Assembly (NCBI RefSeq): GCF_006345805.1
Contig: NC_043013.1
Span: 3,348,001-3,412,000, forward strand
DNA: 64,000 bases
Origin: Octopus sinensis
Taxonomy: Eukaryota
Reading direction: 5' to 3'
Shown here: piece after piece, positions 1 through 13,749 of the stretch
Layout: each line of letters begins with the position of its first letter
Numbering within the stretch: position 1 is the first letter of the stretch
Notes under the pieces: model-generated
The model's input: the letters and a program-made list of their open reading frames with translations, nothing else
The model's database searches: none
What the model was told of the DNA's origin: nothing
Translations under genes and position numbers: made by a program

Positions 1-136
1 CGAAGTAAAGCAAAATTATGGGATGATGACGAGCAAATTATCACTTACGTCACTGGAAGCTGCAGTGACGTAGAAGTTATCAACATAACGGTATTAATTG
101 ACCTGAGATGAGGGCTGTTGCGATACAACTAGCACG

Positions 137-158
137 ATTATTATTATTATTATTATTA

Positions 159-207
<49 letters not shown>

Positions 208-230
208 CATTATTATTATTAAATTTATTA

Positions 231-264
<34 letters not shown>

Positions 265-302
265 ATTTATTATCATTATTATTATTATTATTAAATTTAT
301 TA

Positions 303-342
<40 letters not shown>

Positions 343-425
343 CATCATCATCATAATCATCATCATCACCATCATTATCATCATCATCACCGTCATAATC
401 ATCATCATCATCATCATCGTTATTA
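137..425. repeat. (ATT)n/(ATC)n trinucleotide microsatellite
   Basis: Directly visible; explains the poly-I/L/M ORFs at 94-417. Confidence 0.97.
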
Positions 426-620
426 TTGTGAGTTCAGGGTTAGCAGCATTGTTAGAGTGTCAGACAAAATGCCTTGCTGTATTCCTTCCAACGCTCTACT
501 TTGTGAGTTCAAATCCTGTGATGACTAACTTTATTTTTATTCTTCTGAGATCGATAAAATAAAGCCCCAGTCAAGTTAACTGACTAATACCCTGCCCCCT
601 AAAATTGCTGGCCTAGATGC
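426..620 (+). mobile_element. Degenerate tRNA-derived SINE, family A
   Basis: gagttcaaatcc B-box, tcgataaaataaag body and aaattgctggcct tail align by eye with better copies at 4465 and 39281. Confidence 0.6.
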
Positions 621-2035
621 CCAGGGTAATGCAATGTTGCAAGATATTAACAACAGGGAGAACACCTTTGATGCCTTCAAACTATCACGAGTTAGATGGA
701 AAGGTTTCTTGAGACGTCTTAAGGCATTCTTAAAAATATATTGTCCGTTAGTTTCAGTGAACAATTGGTGTGTTGAAGATATGTAGAGACTGTGAGAGTG
801 TAGTCATAGGCTAGTAAGAGTAAAAACCTCACAAACCTGTTCAGGCTGTTCCAACTGTTTGACAGCTATGATCTGGATTTTCTTTATAAACCGTTGTAAA
901 CACGGATAAACTACATGTTTCATTCAGGCATGTTGCCCTAATGTACGTTGTCTGCGACTTTGGGTGTTTGGTTTCACGGATCACAAATTCCCGAGATCTA
1001 CAGTCATGGAAACTGACCACATCTTCAACTAGAGTAGTCTTAGGAACTGGTTTAGCGAACTAAAGTAGGAAGTGAAGGCGGCCATCATCAACAACGAGGG
1101 GTGAGTTGTGCAAGAAAGAAAAATTTGAAAAAGAAAATATTTTGCAAAGTAGCAAAAGAAGAGTAGAGAAGCAAGTAAATTGATTCGAAGAGGCGCATAC
1201 AAGAGGAACTACAAATGATGATAATGAAAGGATACTTTTCACGTTCTGAGGTGCATACACCCCAAAACATGAGAGCACAAAGCCGATGGATCCGAGTGAT
1301 GCTGGCACACTGTAGCAGCAAAACAATTCCATCTGCGACGTACCAAACACAGGGCACAAGAAGATGCGTTTGCAAATCAAACAATTCATCAGCCATTCCT
1401 TCGTCAGTGTCATCAGTATATTTTAAACTTTTGATGCTCTCTCTCCGATACCAATTGTACCCATACGGTCTTGAAAGGCATCGTTTATGGCTCCTTCCCA
1501 GGAAGCTATTGAAGGGAATTTGCGAGAGACGAAATCCCTATCTAACTTCTATGGTGATATTGAACCACTCCAAGATGGTGTCTTTTTCCAAATTTTGACG
1601 TAAAGCTGTTGGCTGGTGAAAATTAGCTTCTGTCCAAGCCGAATTTCTTCATTCTGGCAAATAAAGAAAGAATAATGCCAAATTCTACTAAATGCAAGGG
1701 TGGGTTTATTACTCGCGTGATTTCATACAATGAGGTCAAGAATGGAGGTGATCGTATTGCACTCATTCCTTCATTACGATCGTTTCGAAACTATTGAAAA
1801 TAATGATTATGTAATATTACAACATGGAGGACATGTAGTAAGCTGTAATATCTAATAATCATAATTTATTTTCATGATGTGTCTGAAATATGTATTGTTG
1901 AAACGATCGCAATGCAGGATTAAATGTAATACCATCACTTCTATCCTTGAACTTACTACATATATGTGTGTGTGTATGTGTGTGTGTATGCGTGTGTTTA
2001 TATATATATGTACATATGTACATACGCATGTGTTC

Positions 2036-2086
<51 letters not shown>

Positions 2087-2127
2087 ATATACATATAGAG
2101 AGAGAAAGGAGAGAAAAAGAAAAAGAC

Positions 2128-2138
2128 AGATAGATAGG

Positions 2139-2233
<95 letters not shown>
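2128..2233. repeat. (GATA)n microsatellite within a TA/TG/TAC microsatellite cluster (about 1960-2550)
   Basis: Directly visible. Confidence 0.95.
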
Positions 2234-2315
2234 GAGAGACAGAGAGGGATACAGTTGCAGCGGACATCCCACGTGCAAGCTTCCGTTTCTTACACACATC
2301 TCACACAGAACATGC

Positions 2316-2356
<41 letters not shown>

Positions 2357-2484
2357 ATTACTTCACTACTGTCAATATGTTTTAGCGTCACACTCCGACC
2401 ATGTTATGTTTCTTGTTATTTTTAGGCTCCACTCGTTGGATAACATTGTATAACAACAAAACCGCTGTGAACAACAAAAACTGT

Positions 2485-2535
<51 letters not shown>

Positions 2536-3146
2536 AACTACTACTACTAACACTCAGTGACTACAACTATAAATAACTGACAGAAGTATTACTGTTACAA
2601 TGACTACAATAACTACAACAACAACGATAGTAACTGCGACGCCAACAACAACAACAACGGTAGGAAAGAAGAGTAAAACAAAAACAAACCCCTAACAAAA
2701 ATAAACAAATATATACAGAAACAAAAAAACCAACGACATGAAAATTAGAACAATGATAACCACCATGCAATGCGAAAACAATAAGAAAGATTTTTTTAAA
2801 ACACAGATTTGTATTTAGTGGAAGTCGCTTAATATAATCACGGATATTGTTTACCAAAAAGTAATTTTTAATTAGAATTAGTGGGTCGCAAAGTCTTTAT
2901 TTGCTCAATATTTCAACTGGCTATTATTATCACCCCGTTATTGTGTTCCCAAAGTGATCATAATGAGCGGCTTCTACTGTATATATTCTAATATCTATCT
3001 ATATATGTATGCATATGTATATAAATATGTGTGTGTGTATATATAGACACAATTTTGAATACATAGCTATATATATATATATAAATGCATACCTATGTAT
3101 TCACAAATATAGTTTAAATATATATATATATTATATATATATATAC

Positions 3147-3179
<33 letters not shown>

Positions 3180-3180
3180 C

Positions 3181-3236
<56 letters not shown>

Positions 3237-3260
3237 ATATATATATATATTATATATATA

Positions 3261-3314
<54 letters not shown>

Positions 3315-4464
3315 TATGCACATACATATACATATAAATATACATTACACACACACACAAGGTGTATATAACCATATATTTACACGCATACATTATTCAT
3401 GAAAAGAGTTTCTGTTGTCTTTGTTTTGTTTTTTTAACGTGTGCATACGTCTTTGACATGTATGCACATTTGTGTGAGAAAATGTGTACCCTCGGTGTAT
3501 GTGCGTATAAGTGTATATAAAATTATCTTTGATGTGTGTTTATGCCCAATGAGTTTGCATATATGTTCTTGGCCATGTGAGATGTCAAGTTGTCACAAAC
3601 GATAAACGAGAATATTCAGAAGTATCTGTCAGAAATGGCTGCTGTTTGTTGTGTATTTATTGTTCTTCCGTTAAAGGGAGCTGCAGCGAGGGAAGGTGGA
3701 AAGGGAGATAACTATATATCCGTTGGCTTAGCTTTACAAAGAAAGATGGCATAAAATGTAAACAATATACTCCGGGTGGAATCAAAGAAGATCGGGTGGT
3801 TTGCGAACGGTAGGTGGGATATGGGATTCGTTGGAAATACGATATTTCTAGAATGTTAGGTTGCAATGAGTGTTGCTTGGAATATATGGAAATGTAGGGT
3901 TACTGTAGCATATTGTGTAACAGGAATATGGGAGGTGAGGGTTATAGTAGCGGCACTGTTGATTGTGGAGTAAAGATTTATGGGGTAGAAAGGTTACATA
4001 TTTGTTAATAGGGTGAAACAGCGCTTCGAAATATGGACTTGTAAAATAAAACGAAATTGCTCGAATCAATTTAGGGATACATACATGAATAAATACACAT
4101 ACACATATGAACACACATACACACATGTAGAGATGCACATTCAGATATAATGCGCACGTGTGTGCGTGTGTGTGTGTGTGTATACGTGTGTATTTTTATT
4201 ACACCTGCACATACAAACCACCACACAAACTTACACATAGGCAGAAGCTAACGAACGAAACACAACAGGCGCCACACTCAAAGAGGTATAGAGAAAGCTT
4301 TGTATTAAATCGGTTTCGGTAGCAAACCACTACGTCCGTTCTAATATAGAATTTATACACGTTCCAGGTGTTTCCTCTCCATAACTCCGAGTAGTTCTAA
4401 TCTAGTACTCCACAGCCTTTTTTCACTTGCGGTACACTTATATTCTTTGCAAAATTGTGATGGA

Positions 4465-4876
4465 GGCGAGCTGGCAGACACGTTAGCGCGCTGGGCGAAA
4501 TGCTTAGCGGTATTTCGTCTGTCGTTACGTTCTGAGTTCAAATTCCGCTGAGGTCGACTTTGCCTTTCATCCTTTCGGGGTCGATAAATAAAGTACTAGT
4601 TTCGCACTGGGCTCGATGTAATCGACTTAATCCCTTTGTATTTCCTTGTTTGTCCCCTCTATGTTTAGCCCCTTGTGGGTAGTAAAGAAATAAGTATTTC
4701 GTCTGTCGTTACGTTCTGAGTTCAAATTCCGCCGAGATCGACTTTGCCTTTCATACTTTCGGGGTCGATAAATAAAGTACCAGTTTCGCACTGAGGTCGA
4801 TGTAATCGACTTAATCCCTTTGTCTGTCCTTGTTTGTCCCCTCTATGTTTAGCCCCTTATGGGCAGTAAAGAAATA
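4465..4876 (+). mobile_element. SINE family A: full monomer plus tandem head-truncated second unit
   Basis: Head ggcgagctggcagacacgttagc, B-box gagttcaaattcc, body cctttcggggtcgataaa. The 184 bp unit at 4511-4694 repeats at 4695-4876. Flanking TSD tattcttt(g/t)caaaatt at 4441-4456 and 4879-4894. Confidence 0.9.
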
Positions 4877-5803
4877 TATATTCTTTTCAAAATTCGGCAG
4901 CTTACCTGAACTAAAAATATAATTAATATTATATTCAGGTTACACTGCGGCACACCTAGTATTGTCCTGTGACACACCAGTGTGCCGTGGAGCACTGTTC
5001 TAATCATACCTTTGCGCAAGTTAAAATAAATAGCAGTTTCAGAAATGTGAATGGAAAAAAAAAGAATTGTTTAGGTAGGTGTCGGACAAGGACATAGCAG
5101 AAACTGTCGCCTTCGTGGCATTGACTTCTTTTGGATGGCTGTGTTATCACGCACGCACACACACACACACACACACACATGCACTCACAAGCACACATGC
5201 ACACACACACGCGCGCGCGCGCGCACACACACATGCACACACAAGCACACGCACGCACACAGACACACACTCAGAGAGACAAATAGAAAGATAGATAGAT
5301 ACATACATACATGCATGCATGCATTCATACATACTTACAGACACATATATTAGCACACACACACATACAGACACACACATACACATACAAATACATATAT
5401 ACATATACACATGCACACAGTCGCAACGTGGTCAACTTCGCCTTTCATCCTTTTGGGGTTGATACAATAAGTACCAGTTGAATACTGGAGTCAATAGTCC
5501 CCTCTCTCAATATTTCAGGCCTTGTGCCTGTACTAGAAAGGATTATTAGTTTCGTTTGGGGGCAATTGGTTAGCAGAATCATTAGAGCGTCGAAAAAATA
5601 TTAGGTGAAACACATTTAAAAAAACATCTATTTTCCGATTGATAATATTTATAAATCTACTACATCATCTTTTTAGAAAACTTCAATAATTATAAAACAA
5701 TTCCAAGATTATAGTCAGCATCATTTCAGTTTTCAATCCTCGGGTATTTTTTTTTTTCATGTAGAATCATCAAAGCATGATTATCACGCTCATTTATCTC
5801 TTA

Positions 5804-6176
5804 CTAGCAGTATCGCCCGGCGTTGCTCGGGTTTGTAAGGGAAATAACTATAAAGCATTTTTAGAGAGTTATAGCCAAAAAATAGCAAAAAAATTATGGT
5901 AAATTTTTTTTTATAGTTAAAAAGGTCGAGTTGCGTCCCCTAGACCATCTGTGGTTTGTGTTTCTGATTGTCGACCCCATGTCGAATTTATCTATCTTTT
6001 TCAGAACTGGGGGAACTTTTCAAAATTTTCGCTGCGTTAGTTTTGAATTATGACATTGGGCTATGTGTGTGTCAAGTTTCATCAGAATCGGTTGAAAGCC
6101 GTGGTCAGAGTGAGGGTACAACCAAACAGACACACAGAAACACACACAGACAAACTGCCGTTTATATAGAGAGAGA
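5804..6176 (-). mobile_element. Non-autonomous Helitron
   Basis: Minus strand starts 5'-TC (6176-6175) and ends CTAG-3' (5807-5804). GC hairpin cccgagcaacgccggg lies about 8 nt before the end. Inserted between A and T with no TSD. These are the canonical Helitron hallmarks. Confidence 0.85.
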
Positions 6177-6797
6177 TAAATAAGATTTACTGTTTCACAA
6201 CGTTTCCTTATATTTACTCTGGCTTGTAGGCAGTTTCTACTAAATGACACTTGCTTTTACCAACAACTGTGTAGTGTAGGCCAAATGAATGCGATGCCCT
6301 CATGTCCATGTAAGCATATTTCAACATCGTTTGATATTGTACATTGGAAGGGGACAAAATCTTGCTTGAAACTCGTTTTAGGATGTTGTTAGTTACTTCA
6401 TCACCTTTGTTTATTTTATCAACCATTACAGCGTAATATTGCTCATTTAGACTTCCTAGAATCTATGACAAACAGCTTAAAACAGAAAATAACAGAAGTA
6501 ATCCGAATATGTGACATTATTGAACTATATCTTCTTAACACTTCAAAATCAGCAACTTTTGTTAATTAAGGGGCTACTAAATACGTGAGCAAAAGGTTTC
6601 GATTCTGAATCAACCTCAGTACTTATTTTAGTTAATCCTGGTACTTATGCTATCGGTTGCTTTTGCCGAACCGCTAAGTTATGGGAACGTAAACACATCG
6701 ACACCGTTTGTCAAGCGATAGTGGGTGGCAACACAAATACACACACACATACACACATACACACACACGCGCGCACACATATATAAGAAGCCTGTCG

Positions 6798-6852
<55 letters not shown>

Positions 6853-6862
6853 ATATATATAT

Positions 6863-7153
6863 ATTATCTATTGCATCTCTTGCTCTCTCTGCAATTCCTT
6901 GTCCATCGGACAAACGGGACGCCGCTTGGCTGACCGGTTCGCGGAACACCTTCGTGACATCCACCTTGCGAACGACACACCGGTCTCACGCCATTTCCGC
7001 TCCACCGGTCACTCCTTGCAACACCTATCTGTGTTCGGTTTGTCCTTACACAGAGGCCATCCGGATTCCCGTTTGCGCCGTGAACAGGAATTAATCTTCT
7101 CTCTTCGCTCTTATACGCCATTTGGTCTCAACTCTCCCCCCCTCCTCATCTAA
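6863..7153 (+). pseudogene. PLE GIY-YIG endonuclease domain (open frame, no 5' part)
   Basis: IIYCISCSLCNSLSIGQTGRRLADRFAEHLRDI...VSRHF...REQELIFSL..YTPFGLN: CxxC, (Y>S)IGQT, R..EH, E..I and GLN motifs typical of PLE endonucleases. Confidence 0.9.
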
Positions 7154-7740
7154 CCCCCCTCTCCCCCCTCCCCTTCTCCCCTCCCCCTCTTATCCTCACT
7201 ACACCACATGACTTTACACATCACATCACATATGATGTGCCATACTAATACACACACCAACTAATACATACTAATACGTACTAATACATACTAGTACATA
7301 CTAATACTTACACCAACCCTATACATACACACGTCCAGACCCCGCATACGCACTTATACTCTCTCTCACACACACACACATACCTATACATACCAATACG
7401 TACTAATACATACTAATACATACTAATACATACACCAACCCCATACATACGCATGTCCAGACCAATCTTACACACTAATACTCTCTCATACACACACACA
7501 CACACACACACCCTTATACATACACCAACCCTATAGATACACACATCCAGACCCCTCCCACGCACTTTTAGCTGGTCCCTCAACCCTTTTATCAACCCTA
7601 TTATCTCCCCTTATTTCGCTCTCGCGTCTCATGTTTGATCTTTGACCTCTGGCCGAAATCAGATCGCCATGTTGATTCGTTAGCTACTGCACGCATTTTT
7701 TTTCTCTCCTTCTTTCTGTGTTTTTCTCTCTCTGTGTATC

Positions 7741-7775
7741 TTTCTGTTGAAGAGCGTAGGCTCGAAACGTTAAAG
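7741..7775 (+). ncRNA. Minimal type I hammerhead-like motif, variant core CUGUUGA
   Basis: CTGTTGA-A-GAGC-gtag-GCTC-GAAA-CGT; A6 is replaced by U. Confidence 0.6.
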
Positions 7776-7962
7776 ACTTGTTTTATTTATATTTCCTGAG
7801 CGCCATACTAATACAATTGTTCGTTTGTTTTCCACCTGCCTTCGTCTTTTGTTTATTTTCATAAAGCTTCCCTATATATATATATATATATATACGACAG
7901 GCTTCTTATATATGTGTGCGCGTGTGTGTGTGTATGTATATATATATATATACATACATACA

Positions 7963-8000
<38 letters not shown>

Positions 8001-8018
8001 ACACACACACACACGCAC

Positions 8019-8049
<31 letters not shown>

Positions 8050-8469
8050 ATATACGACAGGCTTCTTATATATGTGTGCGCGTGTGTGTGTGTATGTATA
8101 TATATATATATACATACATACACACACACACACACGCACACATATATATATATATATATACACGGCAGGCTTCTTTTAGTTTTCGTTCTCCAAACCCACG
8201 CACAATGCTTTGGTAAGAAGCTTTCTTACTACGTCAAGCCGCACAAGAACATTATCCACATGTATATTTCGACATTGTATTGTACTGTTAAGGGGCCTTT
8301 CCATGTTGTAGTTTACTATTGATGTTATTTGAATCACTTTATACATCGTAAAGATACCACATTCCCACCATTTCGCACAAAATTATTTTTATCACTTTTC
8401 TCTAAATGACAAGATTGTTGTTTCTTTACAGCACAAGCACTTGCCCGGATCTCCACTGCCCACGGGTTT

Positions 8470-8850
8470 ATTCGAATTTACGAATCCCTTGAATATTTCG
8501 GGCATTTCGTCCGCCTTTATGTTCTGGGTTCACATTCCTCCGTGGTCAACTTCGCCTTTCATCCTTTTGGGGTTGATAAAATAAGTACCAGTTGAACACT
8601 GGAGTCAATAGTCCCCTCTCTCAATATTTCAGGCCTTGTGCCTGTACTAGAAAGGATTATTAGTATCGTTTGGGGCCAGTTGGTTGACAGAATCATTAGA
8701 GCGTCGAAAAAATTCCTTGCGACATTTCCTGCAGCTCTTTAAATTCCGAGTTCAAATCTCGCCGAGATACCAGTCAGGTACAGGGGTTGAGGACATCGAC
8801 TAAACCCTACTCTCAATACTGCTGGCTTTGAGCGTAGGCTAGAAACGCTC
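8470..8850 (+). mobile_element. Two adjacent degenerate SINE A copies
   Basis: cctttcatccttttggggttgataaaataagtaccag body; second head with gagttcaaatctc at about 8750. Confidence 0.7.
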
Positions 8851-9050
8851 TTTTATGTTTTGTTTTGTGAGTGTTTTTGTATTGTATCAACAGTGAATAG
8901 TTTCCTGTTTATGGATCAACCAGAAGGTCATACTTCGCTGGCTTCCTGTTGATAAGAAAACATTAGTTAACAACGCAACTATCTAATACAGAATGCCCCA
9001 CAACACTGGAATACTACCAATGAAATCTCTAATAATATTAATAATAATCT

Positions 9051-9268
<218 letters not shown>

Positions 9269-9405
9269 CATATATAAGGTGTACTAGTAACAAAACCACA
9301 TCCTGATTGCTGAAAGGAAGTGTCAAGAATTTAAATATGGTGGCAATGACAGACTTACACACACTCAGACACGTGCGCGCGCGCACACACACACAAACAC
9401 ACACT

Positions 9406-9456
<51 letters not shown>

Positions 9457-9709
9457 CACATACCTCTGCACTCATACACTCTAATGTCATCAACAGAAAA
9501 AAGCATTTTAGAAACGAAGCGTGCTATAACTCTTGCATCGTCATAAGATGAAACGATTGTAAGTAGATATGTAACGATAAGCATAACAAGGATGAGCTCC
9601 GGGGCGGCATAATGTCAATAAATCGAACCTTTCGGGTTCGATAAAATAAGTATCAGTTGAGCACTTGCCCCATCGCCCGAAATTGCTGGCCTTGTACCAA
9701 AATTTGAAC

Positions 9710-10690
9710 CATTAAGTCTTGTGCATCACACAGTTGATGGGCAATGAAAGGAAAATCCTCGGCATAGTGAAGGTCGGAGAGATAAAAGCTCTTCTGCCAT
9801 CTTGGTAACTTCTGCTTAGTGGTGACGCCTTTATCTTGGACGGAATCAAGGTTTTACAAAAAAATGTAGACCATTTTACCAAAAAATGTAGACAAGAAGG
9901 AAAGATTCTTGAAGGATTCCACTGTTGTTGGAAACTCATTAGCTTTCAAACATGATGGTGAAGGTTTTGACAATTTCATGCCTAATGCCATAATTCAACA
10001 GAATATGTAACTTTGCCTTTCCTTTGAAACTATCAAATTGTCTTGGAGAAATCCTTAATTATAAATGATACTTCTGTGTTGAGATTCTGAACTTTTCAAT
10101 AATCCTTCTAAGAGCAAGGATCTGTAACAGTGTTGATCTTCCTTTGTGGAAGCTATTTTGGTTCTTTCTAAGGATAGAAACAATGTGAAAGGAAAATCTA
10201 TGAAGGAGCATAGTGTTTCCTAGGTTTTTAAGAGAGTGCGATTCCAGTGTAACGCTGAGGCAGGTGACGAACATCTTTCTGTACAAGTATATAGAAGACT
10301 TTCTGTAGAATAATTGAAGACTTTAGAAAGTTTTTATTTTGTTCCCTAAGTTACGTTACAGAAGTCTGACAAATGTACGTGGAAGAGAGAACTCCTCTGC
10401 TGGAATGCTACCTGGGCTTAATGTCTTGCTTCTTAACTTCTTCAATGCGATTTTTAAATACTTCTATGAGGAACGAGCCAATCCGGATAAGCAGGCGATC
10501 TTCTATTTCGTTGTTGCAGAAAGGTTCACCGTCAAGTTTAGTGTTGCATAGCTTTGTGCTACCAAGTAGGAACCTAAAGTGCTGAAACGAGATATCTAGA
10601 CTTTGTCCGGTAGTTTTCTCCACAATGTGGATCACTGGAGAAGCTTTCTTTCTAAGTTCCCTCAGGTATACATATAATACCACCAATAGA
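9710..10690 (-). pseudogene. Decayed non-LTR retrotransposon RT fragment (RTE-like)
   Basis: ILRKNQNSFHKGRSTLLQILALRRIIEK matches the RT motif ..NQ.GFR.GRST..QI..LRRI.E; multiple stops and frameshifts. Confidence 0.8.
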
Positions 10691-10874
10691 TACTGTGTAG
10701 CCTGAGAACCCTGTTGTCAGACAACTGGTACGCTTAATCTTTAATTTAAACGATCAAACTTCGTAATACTGTTGTGCATTATTTAGCAGTTATGCGGTTG
10801 ACAGCAGATGCAGAGTTCAAATTCCGCCGGAATGCTACGACTGTTTTTCCCATGTTCATGTATCAGCATGCATC

Positions 10875-11120
10875 CACGCGTGTGGAAGCGCGTGGCTTAT
10901 CGGTTAGAGTGTTGCAATCGTCACCATAGAGATGTAGTTTCGACCGGGCGATGAGTTTTGTTCTTGAGTAAAACATTTTATTCTGCGTTGCTTTAATCCA
11001 CCCAGCTCGTAAAAATGAATAATCTTGCGACGGACCGGAGTCCCGTCCAGAAGAAATATATACATGCCATAGAATCCAGGAAATCGGCCTTATGAGTCTA
11101 TAGCTCAGGAAGGAGCTTTC
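10875..11120 (+). mobile_element. Degenerate SINE family C
   Basis: gcgcgtggcttatcggttagagtg head and ttgttcttgagtaaaacattt body align with the 48239 copy. Confidence 0.65.
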
Positions 11121-11128
11121 ATCCTTTT

Positions 11129-11190
<62 letters not shown>

Positions 11191-11191
11191 T

Positions 11192-11223
<32 letters not shown>

Positions 11224-11522
11224 AGAATTGTTTGCGTTATAAGATACAAAACCAAGACTGTATAGATATTAGAGCGTTTATAGATAGAAGACCTTCTATC
11301 TATAAATGCTCTAATATCCATACAGCCTTGGGTTTTTATCTTATTACGCAAAAAATTCTTATATATACACGCTGACATAGAACCAACGTTGAAACCCTTT
11401 ATTCGCAATATTACCGAATCTGGAACTTAACTGTGGTCTGTTTATAGCACTTATTCAGCATACCTGACACCTTTGGGTCTCAATGACACCATTATCTCTT
11501 ATATATATATATATAATATATA

Positions 11523-11566
<44 letters not shown>

Positions 11567-12477
11567 TATGAGTATGTATGTATGTATGTTTATGTGTACA
11601 CACACAAACTTTTATATATATGTCTGTGTATGTATGTACATATATATATACATTTATATTTATATATATATGTATGTATGTATGTATGTTTATGTATACA
11701 CAAACAAACTTTTATTATATATACATATATGTAAAAGCAAAAATACATAACTTACGTCTAAACAATGAGTTTGACTGCATTCATTATAATATATATATAT
11801 ATATAATATATATATATATACATACATATAATGAATGCACTTATCCCAAACGTATTATTTTGTTTGTACATAAGTTTATGCAGTTTCCTAAAATGCACAT
11901 CTGCATATAATCAATGAGCAATGAATATGCATATGTTTAATATATGAGCATTATGCATCCATCACGTTTGTCAATGAATATGTAAGACATGCATAGGGAC
12001 ATACGGGATCCCTATTAACACGCTGCTGATTAGCAAGTCAAATTTCCTGTCTCCACATAAAGTGTTAGTCAAAAGCCGACCATCCCTACAACACAAAGTG
12101 AAATCTTTTAACATTATTGCTATAGTTGTGGTGGCTCTATGATGTGGATTTATTATTGTTAGTCATATTGTTCATCCTACTTTCTACATCAGCTTCTAAT
12201 TGATCGCATTTTATTCTAAATTTCTATTTATTTTTATGATCATGGTGAGGAGTTGATGTAGTTGTAGGATCTGAGTGAAACGATGACTAAAATTCTGTGC
12301 TTGGCATCTGGAATATTGTTTGGAGGCCACAACCAACCCTTCAACAGTCAGACAATGTTCTCGGTGGACCTTACGCGTTACAAGTGAGGAACTATGGCTA
12401 ATTGCAAGAAATCCCTAGTCTGACAGTGAATCTGGTGCCAATTCGAGAAACACTCTACAGACATGGAAATACCCATT

Positions 12478-12625
12478 TCTTTACTGCCCACAAGGGGCTA
12501 AACATAGAGGGGACAAACACGGACAGACATCGGTATTAAGTCAATTACATCGACCCCAGTGCGTAACTGGTACTTAATTTATCGACCCCGAAAGGATGAA
12601 AGGCAAAGTCGACCTCGGCGGAAAT
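12478..12625 (-). mobile_element. SINE A, 5'-truncated
   Basis: Reverse complement of the family A body and tail (tttatcgaccccgaaaggatgaaaggcaaagtcgacctcggcgg). Confidence 0.9.
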
Positions 12626-12699
12626 ACCGGAAATACCGTCGGTAGAGCTTGTCGGATATGCGCACAGAGTGATGAAGTCGTTCTATACTCACTCGTTCA

Positions 12700-13530
12700 T
12701 TGTTCAAGCGTTGCTGGGACTTGTGGATTTCTCTCAAATGGCTATTATTAAGTTCAATACGGATTCGGCTACCGACCGATTTCATCGTGGTGATCTTCAC
12801 ATCACTTTCTTTTATCCGGAACGTGTAGGCTGTTTCCCTTTGACTGGTGGCTATAACGAAGAAATGGATGCGAATGAAAGGACTAAAGGATGAATATCTC
12901 CCTCTTCTGTCAAACATTAATCGACTTTTTCACGTTCCACTTGTAGAGAAATATAAGTCCAAAAGTGTGGTAGGGACATCGGTATGGAACTTGGGATTAC
13001 CAAATGCTCAGTACTTAATATGAGAAGAGAGAAGAAAGCAGCCTGCAGAGGATTGCGGCTACTATCAGGAGAGACCATGGAGAACCCGACCGGTAGTGGG
13101 TATAGGTATTTACGGATTGTGGAGCTGGATGACATTCTACACAGAGAAATGAAAGTCAAAGTCAGCGAGGCATATCAAAAAAGGATGAAGATGGCGTTTA
13201 AATTCAACCTGAATGCTAAACATTTGATTACTGCAATGAATATCTGGGCAGTTGCATTGGTCAGATATAGTGCGTCAATCCTCAAATGGAGTAAGGAGGA
13301 AATATCAACACTGGATAGAAGGACGAGAAAGTTGATGACGTTGCATGGGGCCCTACACCCTAAAGCAAACGTAAACAGACTGTAAATGAAAAGAAAGAAT
13401 GGTGGCAGATGACCAATTAGTACAGGCCATTGTATAAAGGAGTGAAAGGAGAACGCTTGCCGAGTATTTGATAAATAGTGATGAAGACCTGCTGCAATAT
13501 GCCGTGAGAGATATGGGGGTTAATGCAGAT
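12700..13530 (+). pseudogene. R4/Dong-like non-LTR retrotransposon RT C-terminal fragment
   Basis: DIGMELGITKC...YRYLRIVELD...LNAKHLITAMNIWAV..VRYSA.IL.W..EEI..LDRRTRKLMTLHGALHPKANVNRL*MKRKNGGR, a characteristic R4/Dong RT thumb region. Confidence 0.85.
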
Positions 13531-13531
13531 G

Positions 13532-13749
<218 letters not shown>

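Larger units (their letters stand above)
6863..7872 (+). mobile_element. 5'-truncated Penelope-like element: GIY-YIG end, minisatellite 3' region, HHR-bearing terminal repeat
   Basis: GIY-YIG peptide, then C-rich/minisatellite sequence, then the terminal repeat shared with 14360, 16938, 20592 and 36251. Confidence 0.9.
6640..8230 (-). mobile_element. SINE family B (CORE-like) interrupted by a PLE insertion
   Basis: 3' part (ttttgccgaaccgctaagtt) at about 6640-6780; the 5' part resumes at about 8160 (ggcaggcttcttttagttttcg). Confidence 0.7.

Noticed and set aside
3640-4070. Decayed PLE ORF on the minus strand
   Set aside because: Composition is suggestive, but no motif could be aligned convincingly.
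4935-5005. hAT/Charlie-type terminus (cagtgtgccgtggagcactg)
   Set aside because: Only one degenerate end; no partner TIR or 8 bp TSD found.
7250-7560. CRISPR-like array
   Set aside because: The repeats lack unique equal-length spacers, the context is eukaryotic and there are no cas genes; it is a minisatellite.
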